From assembly GCA_016839555.1 (NCBI GenBank), contig JAEOUA010000008.1, positions 1-64,000 of the forward strand: 64,000 nt of DNA, given 5' to 3'. Source of the DNA: Promethearchaeota archaeon (GTDB lineage Archaea; Asgardarchaeota; Lokiarchaeia; Sigyniarchaeales; SOKP01). The position numbers and the translations under genes were made by a program. This document shows positions 31,256-42,163 of this stretch, one piece after another (position 1 is the first letter of the stretch; the number at the start of each line of letters is the position of its first letter). The notes beneath the pieces were generated by a model. It was not told the DNA's origin, did not search any database, and worked only from the letters and a program-made list of their open reading frames with translations.

Positions 31256-32563
31256 ATGTCAATAATGGAACAAAAACCAAAATTTAAAGCATCTTATATT
31301 GGAATCTTTTCGCTAAATTATTTCATACAAGGAGTCTGTTTTAGTCTTTTTACTAGCGTGATACCAATTTTTCTTATTCTTCAATTGGGAGCAGTAGGAG
31401 CTACAGATATAGGAACTTTAGGAACAATTGTTCTCATTCCATTCGCAGTTAAATTCATTTATGGAATGCTCTCAGATAAATATTCGGTTAAGAGATTAGG
31501 GAGAAGGAAACCATGGATAATTGGCTCCTCAATATTATCAGGAATAGTTTGGATGATTATTCCTTTCATAGTCACAGAGATAAACGCTCTATTAATATTT
31601 ACTATTTTTGGCCCAATCGCTACCCTTGGAATGGCGATTGCTGATACTACGATTGACGGTATGATTTTGGACAATTGTCCAAAACAACAATTAGGTAGAG
31701 TACAAGGAATTTGTTGGGGATTTCGTTCTGTGGGAATGATTTTGGGAGGACCGATAGTAGTTTTTATTTATTCGTTGATAGGAATAAATATCGAGGTAGT
31801 ATTCTTTGTATATGGGATGGTGGGGATTGCTACCAGTTTTTTAATTTTAATCGTGAAAGAACTTAAAGTCATAACTGAAATTGAAATTTTAGATAATCTG
31901 AAAACAGTTTTTGGAAAAAAGAAAAATTGGACGGTCTTTTCATTTGCATTATTTAATGCATTTGTTGATGGTGTTATCTTCTTATTCGTTTCGTTATTTA
32001 TTCTTTTCCAGACAGGTGATTTACTATTTGAAGGGGGAATAATCAATACTGGCGCTATTGAAGAAAATACAGATTTATATGGTGCTAACGCATTCATTTC
32101 TTTTATAATTGGCTTAGGAGTAATTGCTGGAGCACTTATTGGAGGATATATTGCTGATATTGTATCTAGAAAATGGTCTTTTTACTCTTCAATGATAGTT
32201 ACAACAATTTCATTAATAATTTTTATAATTCCCGCACCGTATTTGATCTTACTAATATTTGCTTTTATTGCAGGCTCCACAAATGGATGGAGAAATAGTG
32301 GATTCTCAGCTATTATAGGACAAGTTTCTCAGCTTTACCCAGAGGTGGATAGTACTTATTATGCCACATGCAATTCATTTGCAAATATAGGTTCCCAACT
32401 CGGCTTAATTTCTATTAATATAATAATCACAATTTTAACTGGTTCTGGGATATACTTTACGTTTGCAATAATTTTCATCTTTTTAGGGCTAACTTCTAAT
32501 ATTGGGATATTACCATTTCTATTCATAAAGCCAGAAGAATATGAACTGCCAGAAAAAGTGTAA
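31256..32563 (+). CDS. MFS transporter (AmpG/acetyl-CoA transporter-like)
   Basis: PFAVKFIYGMLSDKY..GRRKPW, ADTTIDG, ~12 TM segments. Confidence 0.88.
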   Translation: MSIMEQKPKFKASYIGIFSLNYFIQGVCFSLFTSVIPIFLILQLGAVGATDIGTLGTIVLIPFAVKFIYGMLSDKYSVKRLGRRKPWIIGSSILSGIVWMIIPFIVTEINALLIFTIFGPIATLGMAIADTTIDGMILDNCPKQQLGRVQGICWGFRSVGMILGGPIVVFIYSLIGINIEVVFFVYGMVGIATSFLILIVKELKVITEIEILDNLKTVFGKKKNWTVFSFALFNAFVDGVIFLFVSLFILFQTGDLLFEGGIINTGAIEENTDLYGANAFISFIIGLGVIAGALIGGYIADIVSRKWSFYSSMIVTTISLIIFIIPAPYLILLIFAFIAGSTNGWRNSGFSAIIGQVSQLYPEVDSTYYATCNSFANIGSQLGLISINIIITILTGSGIYFTFAIIFIFLGLTSNIGILPFLFIKPEEYELPEKV

Positions 32564-32778
32564 AACTTATAAATTTCTTTTTTTTTTATTTAATTTAGTT
32601 TATAGAGATTATTATGCTTTTTTTAGTAATAAATAAGAAAAGAAAGTAATGTTCTTCAAATAAGGTTTTATAAAGTTAAGAATAAAAACCAATTTTATTA
32701 CTATTAACATAAGATTTTTATAGCTTTTTTAATAATTAACTTTACTTAATTCTAAATTCTAACTTAACGCAAACTAAT

Positions 32779-33957
32779 ATGAAAATAGATTACGCGAAAA
32801 GATTAACTCGATTACCTAAATATATTTTTGCTCAAATAGAAGAATTGATAGCTGAAAAAAAAAGGGCTGGGGAAAGTTTAATAAAGCTTGGAATTGGAGA
32901 TCCGGATTTAACAACACCAGAATTAATCGTAAATGAATTAATAGAGCAAGTAAAAGTACCAGAGAATCAAAATTATCCAACCTCTAAAGGAGAGACTTTT
33001 TATAGAGAGGGTATTGCTCGTTGGAATAAAGTTCGGTATGGCATCGATTTAGATCCTGAAACAGAAATATCTCATGTAATAGGGGGAAAAGAAGGAGTTG
33101 CCAATATTGCAAGAGCATTTATTGAACCGGGAGATATTGTTCTATGTCCAAATCCGGGATATCCCGTATATGAGAATGGCGCTACAAAACTATGCGATGG
33201 AGAGCCTTATTTAATGCCTTTAAAAAAAGAAAATAATTTTTTACCAGATATAGAAGCTATTGATTCAGATATTTTGATAAAAGCAAAAATGATGTATATA
33301 AACTATCCGAATAATCCTACAGGAGCTATTATCCCTAAATCATATTTAAAGAAATTAGTTGATTATGCCGAAGATTATAAATTTTTTATTGTTCATGATA
33401 ATCCTTATTCTGAATTCACTTTTGATGATTATATTGCACCAAGCATTTTACAAATAAGCCAGGAACACGTTGAAATCAATAGCGCCTCAAAAATGTTTAA
33501 TATGACTGGCTTTCGATGCGGTTGGATTGCAGGAAATGCTTATATTATTGAAGGCTTACGAAAAGTAAAATCTCAAATTGATTCTGGTGGACCAATTTTT
33601 ATTCAAAAAGCAGTAATCAAAGGTTTAAATGAATACAAATCAGAAAAAAAACCAGAGATCATCCAAAAAAATATGGATATCTATCAAAAAAGGCGAGATG
33701 TTTTAGTTAAAGGTTTAAATGATATAGGATGGAAAACAGATAAACCCCATGCCACCTTTTATATTTGGACCCAAATTCCAGAACAATATTGTAATTTGAC
33801 TTGTTTGGAATTTGTTAAAAAATTAATAAATGTGGGGGTAATATTAACGCCTGGAGTTGGTTTTGGAAAATATGGAGAAGGTTTTGTCAGATTTGCTTTA
33901 ACACAATCCGTTGAAACCATCAAAGAAGCGTTAAAAAGAATAGAGAAAATTCTTTAA
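32779..33957 (+). CDS. PLP-dependent class I/II aminotransferase (LL-diaminopimelate aminotransferase-like)
   Basis: LGIGDPD, NYPNNPTG, HDNPYSE, SASKMFNMTGFRCG, PGVGFGKYGEGFVRFAL. Confidence 0.88.
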   Translation: MKIDYAKRLTRLPKYIFAQIEELIAEKKRAGESLIKLGIGDPDLTTPELIVNELIEQVKVPENQNYPTSKGETFYREGIARWNKVRYGIDLDPETEISHVIGGKEGVANIARAFIEPGDIVLCPNPGYPVYENGATKLCDGEPYLMPLKKENNFLPDIEAIDSDILIKAKMMYINYPNNPTGAIIPKSYLKKLVDYAEDYKFFIVHDNPYSEFTFDDYIAPSILQISQEHVEINSASKMFNMTGFRCGWIAGNAYIIEGLRKVKSQIDSGGPIFIQKAVIKGLNEYKSEKKPEIIQKNMDIYQKRRDVLVKGLNDIGWKTDKPHATFYIWTQIPEQYCNLTCLEFVKKLINVGVILTPGVGFGKYGEGFVRFALTQSVETIKEALKRIEKIL

Positions 33958-34017
33958 TTTTTAAAATCATTTTTCAAAATTCTGTAAACATTTCAAAAAT
34001 ATATAATTATTTATATT

Positions 34018-34155
34018 TTACCACGCAATTTCTTCATAATTAATAAAGCACTCAGCAGGAAGAGCAAACCTTGTATGATCAAGAAGCATAGTCATATAGG
34101 TTTTTCCTTTACTTTTTTTGGACTTTAATATTGACCCTTGTTTTATTATAGCCAC
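34018..34155 (-). CDS. Putative 45-aa small protein
   Basis: SD AAGGAGGT upstream of GTG; MAIIKQGSILKSKKSKGKTYMTMLLDHTRFALPAECFINYEEIAW*. Confidence 0.5.
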   Translation of the reverse strand: MAIIKQGSILKSKKSKGKTYMTMLLDHTRFALPAECFINYEEIAW

Positions 34156-34553
34156 CTCTTTTTTACCTCCTTTTTATTTTTTTCTATTTATGATATGGCT
34201 GTTAAACAAGAAAGCACCGATCCGATGACCTTTTTAGAAATAAAATATGATTATATTCCCAAGAGAACAATCCCGCAGATATTTCATAAAAAAAAGGTTA
34301 GTCGGAAATGCTCTCTTCTTTATAATACTACCTCTAATACTACAACTACTGATAATGCTTTCCTATTAAAGGTAATATTATTCGAAATCATAGTTATTAC
34401 TATAATTAATTAAGATATTCTATTTAAATCTTATGCTATAGAACATAGCGAATTATAAAAGTTTTCAGAATCCAATTAAATTTTAAAAATAGTAATAATG
34501 ATAAAATATATCGATATAATTTAAAAAATAAAATAAAAATGTAAATATTAACT

Positions 34554-35873
34554 ATGGAAAAGAAAATCGTTTTAATTGGAGCTGGTTCCACATCATTTGG
34601 TCCTTCAATGTTTTCAGATCTATATCAGAGTGAAGTTCTTAACGGTTCTACTGTAGTATTAAATGATATTGATAAAGAAAAATTAGATATTATTTATGAA
34701 TTACTCTCCATTGAAAATGAAAAAGCAAATAATAAATTTGAATTGCAAAAAACTCTAAATCGAAAAGAAGCTTTAAAAGATGCAGATTTCATAATTAGCT
34801 CGATTGAGGTTGGAGATAGAATGAAACTTTGGTGGCAAGATTACACTATACCTCGAGAATATGGTTCAACTCAGATTCTGGGTGAGTGTGGTGGTCCAGG
34901 TGGTACGTTTCATGCATTTAGAATCATTCCACCTATTATCGATATTGTAAAAGATGTCGAAAAAATATGCCCTAAAGCTTTTTTTATTAATTTTTCAAAC
35001 CCAATGTCTCGGGTTTGCTTAGCAATTAAGAGAGCAGTAGATATTAATTTTATTGGATTGTGTCATCAAATCCATTTCCTTGAAATTCATCTTCCTAGAA
35101 TGTTAAATATAAAACTGGAAAACCTTCGAATGACGGTTGCGGGCTTGAATCATTTTGGATTTCTTTTAGATCTTAAAGATTTAAGAACAAATAAATCTTT
35201 GATGCTTGAATTTAATGAAAAAGCGATGAATTATTTTAAAAAGTATGAAGATCCCTTTGAATTTTCCACGCTTACTTTTGAAGTTTATAAAAGATTTGGA
35301 TATTTCCCTCATCCAGGCGATAATCATCTCGGAGAATATTTGCAGTTTGGCGAGGAGTTCACTACCACTCAAGATATGATCAATTGGATAAATCGAACAG
35401 ATAAGTTTAATGTGGGGATTTATAAAAAAGTATTAAGATATCATAAGCGATTGAAGGAGGGAAGATATCCTCGAAAAGGAATGCTATATAAAGTCCCTTC
35501 TGGTGAGCGGGCAATTCCAATAATTGAGGCTATTATAAAAAATGAAAATTCTTATGAGCCTTCAGTTAATATCCCAAATAATGGACTGATTGAAAATTTA
35601 CCTCAAGATCTAGTTGTTGAGGTCCCTGTTAGAGTTAATAAGGAGGGGGTTAATGGAGTAAAATTGGGAAAAATTCCTAAAAATATTGCAGCACTTTTAC
35701 GTATTGAGGCAACAATTCAAGATTTATGTGTAGAGGCGATATTAAAGAAATCAAAAAAATTAGCAATCGCTTCTTTAGCAATAGATCTAAACGTTGGGAG
35801 TTTTGAAAGAGCAGAAAAGATTTATAGCAAAATGAGTGAAATTCAGAAAGGTTATTTACCTAATTTTAAGTAA
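34554..35873 (+). CDS. Glycoside hydrolase family 4 (NAD+-dependent alpha-galactosidase/alpha-glucosidase)
   Basis: IVLIGAGS, GECGGPGG, INFSNPM, IGLCH, AGLNH. Confidence 0.92.
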   Translation: MEKKIVLIGAGSTSFGPSMFSDLYQSEVLNGSTVVLNDIDKEKLDIIYELLSIENEKANNKFELQKTLNRKEALKDADFIISSIEVGDRMKLWWQDYTIPREYGSTQILGECGGPGGTFHAFRIIPPIIDIVKDVEKICPKAFFINFSNPMSRVCLAIKRAVDINFIGLCHQIHFLEIHLPRMLNIKLENLRMTVAGLNHFGFLLDLKDLRTNKSLMLEFNEKAMNYFKKYEDPFEFSTLTFEVYKRFGYFPHPGDNHLGEYLQFGEEFTTTQDMINWINRTDKFNVGIYKKVLRYHKRLKEGRYPRKGMLYKVPSGERAIPIIEAIIKNENSYEPSVNIPNNGLIENLPQDLVVEVPVRVNKEGVNGVKLGKIPKNIAALLRIEATIQDLCVEAILKKSKKLAIASLAIDLNVGSFERAEKIYSKMSEIQKGYLPNFK

Positions 35874-36077
35874 TTTTCTTATTTATCTCATAATCTTTTT
35901 ATTTTTTAACAGTTGTGGGTGTTATATTTTTACGATTTTTTTATTATAGAAAAAAGAATAATATTTTGAGAAAAAAGCGTTTTATTTAACGATAATTTTA
36001 AATATTAAAATATTGTCTAAAAGTATGTAGAAAGAGATAGAATAGCTTCATTTGATAAAAAAAGATCAGTTTTTATA

Positions 36078-39000
36078 ATGAGTGAAAGTAGGAATTTATA
36101 TAAAGCAATACTAGAGAATAAAAAGATATTTAAATACATTTTTGAAAAAAGTGGATTTGGAATTGCTATTTTAAATTCAGAGGGAAAATTTCTTCTAGAA
36201 AATAATTCTTTTCTAAAAATATTTAATCTTGCTAAATTGGCAGATTTTAATGATCAAAGATTTTTTAATGAAGTTATAGTCCCCAATATTGATAGGCAAA
36301 ATCTTTTTTTACAGGATAATTTAGTTTTTGAAAAAAAGATTAATTTACCTAATTTTTTTGACAATCCAGAATTATCTTCTAAAGAAAATCTCAAATACCT
36401 ACGAATTAAAATCTCTCCTATCATATTAAAACGAGAAAATCAACACTATATTATTGTTGAAATTGAAGATATAACTCGAGAAAAAGATATAGAAAAGGAG
36501 TTGAAATATAATGAAACAAGATTTAATGCTATTGCTGATAATGCAAAAGAAGCAATATTCATAATTGATGAAAATTTTAAATTAATTTATGCTAATAAAA
36601 ATGTAAGCAAAACTTTAGGATATCCTATCGTAGAAATTATTGGCGAAGATTTTCGAAAATTTTTAGATGAGGAGAACAAAGATTTAGTTATTAAAAAATA
36701 TAAAAGCAGACAAAAAGGTGAATGGGTTGAACCTCAATATGAATTTAAAGTAGTTACTAAAAATGGACAAAAAAGAACTATTGAAGTTACTGCTATTGCC
36801 ACAAAAGAATTAGGTGAGGGAATAAAAAGCATAGGTCAAGCAATAGATATCACAGATAAGAAGAAAACAGAACAGAGATTAGAGGAGTCAGAAGAAAGAT
36901 TCAATATTTTAGGAACCCCTCTAATGAGTATTATCATTTTGCAAGATCATAAGATAAAATACGCAAATAAACATTTCAGAGATGTGTTTGGATATTCAAA
37001 TAAGCAAGTTAGTAATTTGAGTCTAAAAGAATTTGTTAATAAAATCCATCCAGATGACAGGCAACTTATTTTGGATCAATTTAGTAAAAATGAAATTAGT
37101 GAATTAAATAATGGAAAAAATTATCAATTTAAGATATATAATAAAGATAATGACTTAATTTGGAAAGCAGCATACTTAAATAAAATAAAATATCAAGGAA
37201 AAGATGCTAAATTAATTACTTTAATTGATATAACAGACCAAAAGAAAACAGAAATAGCCTTAAAGGAATCTGAGAAAGAAAAAACCCTCATGGTAAATAG
37301 TATTTCGGAACATTTTATTTTTCAAGATCTTGATCATAATATTATTTTCGCAAATAAAGCCGCATCAGACTCCCTTTCACTTCCTAACGAAAAACTAATA
37401 GGACAAAAGTGTTATCAACTTTGGAATACTTTGAATGAACCTTGTATTGGTTGTCCCACAGAAAAAGCAATTAAGACTGGGAAAGTAGAACATAATGAAA
37501 TGATAACTCCAGACGGAAGATATTGGTTTATAAGAGGATTTCCCGTAAAGGATGATGATGAAAATCTCATTGGTGTAATTGAAATTACTAAGGATATCAC
37601 AGATACTAAAAGAGCTGAACAAGCTTTAAAGGATTCAGAACAAAAATTCAGAATTATTACGGAACAATCTTTTATGGGCATTGCTATAGCACAAGATCTT
37701 AAATTAAAATATACAAATAAGAGATTTTTGGAGATTATAGAATACAATTTAGAAGATATTTTAAATTGGGAGAAAGGGAGATTTTATGAACTTATTCATC
37801 CAGAGGATGCGAATCAGGTTATCCCTATATTTGAGAAAAAATACCGTGGAGAGATAGGAGCAATTAGAAATTTACAATTCCGGATTATTTCAAAACACGG
37901 TAAAATTGTGTGGGTAGAGATTTTTTCAAAAACGATTCCATACAAAGGAGGATGGGCTGATTTAATATCTATTATTGATATTACAAATCAAAAGGAAGTA
38001 GAGAAAGTATTAAGAGAATCTGAAGAAAAATTTAGAAGGATTGTTTATTCCATTCCAGATTTGTTTTTCTTAGTATCGAAGGATACCACCGTTTTAGATT
38101 ATAAATGTGAAAATGAGTTATTATTTATGCCACCAGAAGAGTTTATGAATAAAAAATTAAGTGAAATTTTACCAGAAGAACTTGCATTAAAAACTAAAGA
38201 ATCAGTTGAAAAAGCAATTAGTACAAGAACACAGCAAATAATGGAATATTCATTACCAATTAATTTTAAAATCCAATATTATGAGGCAAGATTTTTTCAT
38301 TATTCAGAGAACCAAGTAGCGATTTTTATAAGAAACATTAGCGGTCGTAAAAAAGCAGAGAAAATGATAAAAGAGGAAGTAGAACGATTAAAAGAATTAG
38401 ACCAAATGAGAAAGGATTTAATTTCAAGAGTTTCTCACGAATTAAAAACCCCAATAATGGCTATTAGTGGCGCTATTGAATATGTTATAGATTGCTATGA
38501 TAATAGTATTAATAAAGAAATAATTGAATTAATAAAAATGATAGAAAAGAATGAAAAACGATTAGAAAATTTGATTGAAAGTTTACTTGATATCAGCAGA
38601 ATGGAACATGATAAATTACAATTGAAAAAACAACAATGTGAGCTTAATGAGTTAATTATAAATAGTGTAAAAGAGTTAGAATATCTCCTTAAAGGCCGTA
38701 AATTAGTTTTAAATTTAGATTTCTCTAATGAAATTAATTTATATATTGATAAAATAAGAATAGAACAAGTAATTATTAATTTACTTTCAAACGCAATAAA
38801 AAATACTCCTCCCGAAGGAAAAATCATTATAAAGAGTGAGAAAAAAAATAATAATACTTTTGAGATCTCATTTTCTGATACTGGTATTGGGCTAACTGGA
38901 GAGGAGATGAATAAATTATTTACGCAATTCGGAAAAATTGAACGCTATGGAGAGGGGCTGGAATATCTTGATATTAGGGGGTCGGGCTTAGGATTGTATA

Positions 39001-39098
39001 TCTCAAGGCAAATTATACAACGCCATGGCGGCAAAATTTGGGTTGAATCAGAAGGGCGAAATAGAGGTAGTACCTTTATAATAGAATTACCTATTTAA
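36078..39098 (+). CDS. Cytoplasmic multi-PAS sensor histidine kinase
   Basis: Repeated PAS/PAC units ending DIT..K..E; VSHELKTP H-box; NLLSNAIK, DTGIG, GSGLGL boxes. Confidence 0.95.
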   Translation: MSESRNLYKAILENKKIFKYIFEKSGFGIAILNSEGKFLLENNSFLKIFNLAKLADFNDQRFFNEVIVPNIDRQNLFLQDNLVFEKKINLPNFFDNPELSSKENLKYLRIKISPIILKRENQHYIIVEIEDITREKDIEKELKYNETRFNAIADNAKEAIFIIDENFKLIYANKNVSKTLGYPIVEIIGEDFRKFLDEENKDLVIKKYKSRQKGEWVEPQYEFKVVTKNGQKRTIEVTAIATKELGEGIKSIGQAIDITDKKKTEQRLEESEERFNILGTPLMSIIILQDHKIKYANKHFRDVFGYSNKQVSNLSLKEFVNKIHPDDRQLILDQFSKNEISELNNGKNYQFKIYNKDNDLIWKAAYLNKIKYQGKDAKLITLIDITDQKKTEIALKESEKEKTLMVNSISEHFIFQDLDHNIIFANKAASDSLSLPNEKLIGQKCYQLWNTLNEPCIGCPTEKAIKTGKVEHNEMITPDGRYWFIRGFPVKDDDENLIGVIEITKDITDTKRAEQALKDSEQKFRIITEQSFMGIAIAQDLKLKYTNKRFLEIIEYNLEDILNWEKGRFYELIHPEDANQVIPIFEKKYRGEIGAIRNLQFRIISKHGKIVWVEIFSKTIPYKGGWADLISIIDITNQKEVEKVLRESEEKFRRIVYSIPDLFFLVSKDTTVLDYKCENELLFMPPEEFMNKKLSEILPEELALKTKESVEKAISTRTQQIMEYSLPINFKIQYYEARFFHYSENQVAIFIRNISGRKKAEKMIKEEVERLKELDQMRKDLISRVSHELKTPIMAISGAIEYVIDCYDNSINKEIIELIKMIEKNEKRLENLIESLLDISRMEHDKLQLKKQQCELNELIINSVKELEYLLKGRKLVLNLDFSNEINLYIDKIRIEQVIINLLSNAIKNTPPEGKIIIKSEKKNNNTFEISFSDTGIGLTGEEMNKLFTQFGKIERYGEGLEYLDIRGSGLGLYISRQIIQRHGGKIWVESEGRNRGSTFIIELPI

Positions 39099-39150
39099 TT
39101 CTAAAGTTTTTAAAAAGTTAGTAATTTTACTTGAAAAAATAAGATTATAT

Positions 39151-39309
39151 TTAAAAATTCTCTTTTTTCCATTTTTCTAAATAATTTTTAAGAGTTTTTT
39201 TAGAAATACCTATAGATGTTTGATTATCTCTTTCCTTCTCAGATGATTCCTCTTTGTTAGAAGAATGATAGGATAATTCCCAATCATAATAAGATATAGC
39301 TCTAGACAT
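39151..39309 (-). CDS. Putative 52-aa small protein
   Basis: ATG..TAA frame MSRAISYYDWELSYHSSNKEESSEKERDNQTSIGISKKTLKNYLEKWKKENF in an otherwise empty intergenic region. Confidence 0.45.
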   Translation of the reverse strand: MSRAISYYDWELSYHSSNKEESSEKERDNQTSIGISKKTLKNYLEKWKKENF

Positions 39310-39367
39310 ATTTATAAGATAACAATTAAAATTAATAAAGAGAAGGAGACTAACGGTTTACTAAAAC

Positions 39368-39383
39368 TATCACCTAGGTGATA
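39368..39383. promoter_or_regulatory. Perfect 16-bp palindrome, candidate operator
   Basis: TATCACCTAGGTGATA is its own reverse complement. Confidence 0.4.
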
Positions 39384-39477
39384 TCTTAAAAATCTTAAAG
39401 AACTGAACACTTAAGCTATATTAGAAATATTATATCATAGGAAAATAATCATAGTAATCTCAAATTTCCAGTTATTT

Positions 39478-41883
39478 TCATAGAAAACACATTAAATCCT
39501 TCTGTGTGGAACACTCACTCGAAATATTTTCTAACAGATCATCAAGATCCTTAAATTTAAAAGGAAAAATATTTTCAAAGGCTCTTTTTAATAGTTCTAT
39601 ATATTTTTTTTTGTCATACCGATGGATATTCTTTTTGTAGAAATGTGAAAGAATGACTTTTTTTTGGGGAAAATCTGGATTTGCATCAGCATTTAGGATT
39701 ATATATCGTACGCTTTTACCGGGTGTCATAATAAGACCTGCTCTTTCTGCCTGCTTGGCAGCAACGGCTTGATAGGAATTTACCTTATATTGGGAAGGTT
39801 TACGAGATATTTTTTGATGAATGATTAGTTCTTCTTTTGAGAGATTGCCACTCTGAATTCTCTTTGCATATTTTACAAGCAATTGTTTTGCTTTTGGAAT
39901 TTTTTTCTTGAATTGTGTTACGGAAGTTACTATTTTAAATATATTAATAAAATCTTTTTGCGCTTTTTTAATGATAGTTGGTATATCTCTCCGGCGAAGC
40001 TCAATTCCACGGACTTTTATGGTCCCATCTGCTTTAATACCCCAATAGTGATTTAAGGTGGGCACCTCCGGTTCCGCTTGCGAGGGAAGAAATATTATAA
40101 TATTAAACAATCCTTCCCAACTCATAGGAATATTTGTTTCCTTACTAATTTCATCAGAAATTAACTTGGTAACATTTTTAAACTCCTTTACAGATCGTTT
40201 TTTAGCGTCTTGAAGCCAAAGAGAGTCTACAATCCCATGAATGACTCGGCAACCATGTCTTTTAGCTATCTCTGCAGCACGCATTAAGAATTCGCGAGCA
40301 AAAGCACAAACTGTTTGATGCGCTTCTATCTTCCCGAATCGAGCGTTTTTAAATCCTAAATATCCAAAACTAACGACCAAGACCCATTTAAGAGCAATAT
40401 CAGTAAACTTATAGCGAAGATCTCCAGTTTTTTTTACATACGCTTTACATTTAAGTCTTTTTTCTAATGGTAACCGAATTGATTTCGAAATGATTCCTTC
40501 TCGCTTCGAACAAATATGAAAATCCAACCCGGGCACCTTGATTCCTGTGCCATCAGATTCACAGCATTTGCAATTAAGTGTCTCCGACGAGATATTATAT
40601 TTTGACATTAACGAAGGATACATCGAGGAAAAATCTAATTCCGCAACTTGTTCAAATACACCAATTTTGGGCTCAAAAATATGACCTCCTCGATCACTTT
40701 TTATTAAATCCATTCCCGTAGAGAAGTCTTCAGGATTTTTTTTGAAAGGAGGGATCAAATGATCAAGTTTATATGCATTATAGAATTGGATTGACTGAAG
40801 TGCTCCGCCAATGGTGATTCGACATAATCTTTGCAAAGGTACACGTGAAATTCGTGCTACTTCAATTACTCCGGGGACATTACCTTCACTAAAATGTAGG
40901 CTTCCGTAAGTTGTCGTGTCGAGATGAAAACGACCCGTGAAATATACTTGAGTCTTTGAACGCCGCCTTATTATTCCATAGGACATATAATGATCTGCAC
41001 CCCCTGATAATTCGAAAATACAATATCTAAGAGGTGTTTTTGTTCTAGAAAAGTAAAATTCCTTTGAGATTTTGTGAACGGAAGCTCTTGCGGAAAGATA
41101 AGGAAAAATAAACTCGTCCCCTCCTTGAGTAAGAATGATATCTGGGTCAAGTTTTTCAATAACTTGGCTTATTTTTCTCAAGTTTTCAGCTTCATCTGCC
41201 ATATCAATTAAAATATGTTTTTTCTTTACAGCACCATCCGCACGAGGTACATTCCAGTTTCTATCATTTTCTATGATACTGATTACAGCATATGCCAGAG
41301 GTTCATTAAAATACGGTTTAATATCTTTTTGTTGCACCTTAATCTCTAACCATACTGCTTTTAAAGGGGGAAGGTCATAAAATAATTCTTCATTGCCATC
41401 TTTTAATTCCAAGCTAATTAATTTGGGGATGTTCTGTTTTTTAAGGTATTCTATGCTAAAATGACAGTAGGCGAATGGAAACAAATCATTTACGTAAAAA
41501 TACATTTGTGAAATTGGAAGATCCGTATTATAAAGTGTGAATAAGTCTAACTTTTTGATTTCCTCGATTGTCTTTTTGAATAATGAAGGATCGATGACGG
41601 ACACTCCAAATATCTTGGTCTTTTTATGATCTTCAAGGTTCACATATTTCTTACAAATTCTTACATTTCGCACGTTTGGATGATCCTTTAAGAGGGATTG
41701 CCCTCTCTTCAAATCATAGGCCATATGATTTCGAGGTACTGCAAAGAATTCCGGATAATAATCTTGAAACACTTCTATTATTTCTTTGTCGTTTGCTCTT
41801 TTTACCCATAAAACAACACCACCTTTTGTTGTAGAGACATCTAACAACCATCCCTCAAACTCAGTTTGTTCTTGCAAAGGCAC
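39478..41883 (-). CDS. polB2: DNA polymerase B2 (PolB2/Dpo2-type, degenerate catalytic motifs)
   Basis: ELDFSSMYPSLM (motif A), KWVLVVSFGYLG (motif B), HGIVDSL replacing YGDTDS (motif C), KVRGIELRRRD. Confidence 0.88.
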   Translation of the reverse strand: MPLQEQTEFEGWLLDVSTTKGGVVLWVKRANDKEIIEVFQDYYPEFFAVPRNHMAYDLKRGQSLLKDHPNVRNVRICKKYVNLEDHKKTKIFGVSVIDPSLFKKTIEEIKKLDLFTLYNTDLPISQMYFYVNDLFPFAYCHFSIEYLKKQNIPKLISLELKDGNEELFYDLPPLKAVWLEIKVQQKDIKPYFNEPLAYAVISIIENDRNWNVPRADGAVKKKHILIDMADEAENLRKISQVIEKLDPDIILTQGGDEFIFPYLSARASVHKISKEFYFSRTKTPLRYCIFELSGGADHYMSYGIIRRRSKTQVYFTGRFHLDTTTYGSLHFSEGNVPGVIEVARISRVPLQRLCRITIGGALQSIQFYNAYKLDHLIPPFKKNPEDFSTGMDLIKSDRGGHIFEPKIGVFEQVAELDFSSMYPSLMSKYNISSETLNCKCCESDGTGIKVPGLDFHICSKREGIISKSIRLPLEKRLKCKAYVKKTGDLRYKFTDIALKWVLVVSFGYLGFKNARFGKIEAHQTVCAFAREFLMRAAEIAKRHGCRVIHGIVDSLWLQDAKKRSVKEFKNVTKLISDEISKETNIPMSWEGLFNIIIFLPSQAEPEVPTLNHYWGIKADGTIKVRGIELRRRDIPTIIKKAQKDFINIFKIVTSVTQFKKKIPKAKQLLVKYAKRIQSGNLSKEELIIHQKISRKPSQYKVNSYQAVAAKQAERAGLIMTPGKSVRYIILNADANPDFPQKKVILSHFYKKNIHRYDKKKYIELLKRAFENIFPFKFKDLDDLLENISSECSTQKDLMCFL

Positions 41884-41884
41884 T

Positions 41885-42163
41885 TTAACTCCTTTGAATT
41901 ATTTCTTCTAATTGTTTTATTCTTTTTTCTAAAGACTCGATTTTTTTCTCTTGTTCAATGGCAAACGAAACAAATAAAACTTCAGAAAGCATCGGACGTC
42001 CTCCCATACTCCCTGCGTCCGCATGAATTCGAGCATAATTCATTAATTTATCAAAAATTTTTGCATCTTCTGGTCGTAAAGCGCGCTTATAGTCTTTCCA
42101 GCTTTCAATCTCTTTTTCTAATGCCGGTCGAAACGAAGGAACCGTTCTACCCATGGTATTCAC
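41885..42163 (-). CDS. Small PolB2-associated protein (arCOG07300-type)
   Basis: MGRTVPSFRPALEKEIESWKDYKRALRPED; ends 1 nt before the polB2 start. Confidence 0.8.
   Translation of the reverse strand: MNTMGRTVPSFRPALEKEIESWKDYKRALRPEDAKIFDKLMNYARIHADAGSMGGRPMLSEVLFVSFAIEQEKKIESLEKRIKQLEEIIQRS

Noticed and set aside
34138-34413. 91-aa plus-strand ORF
   Set aside because: No SD or motif; the SD, small ORF and RNA stem all point to the minus strand
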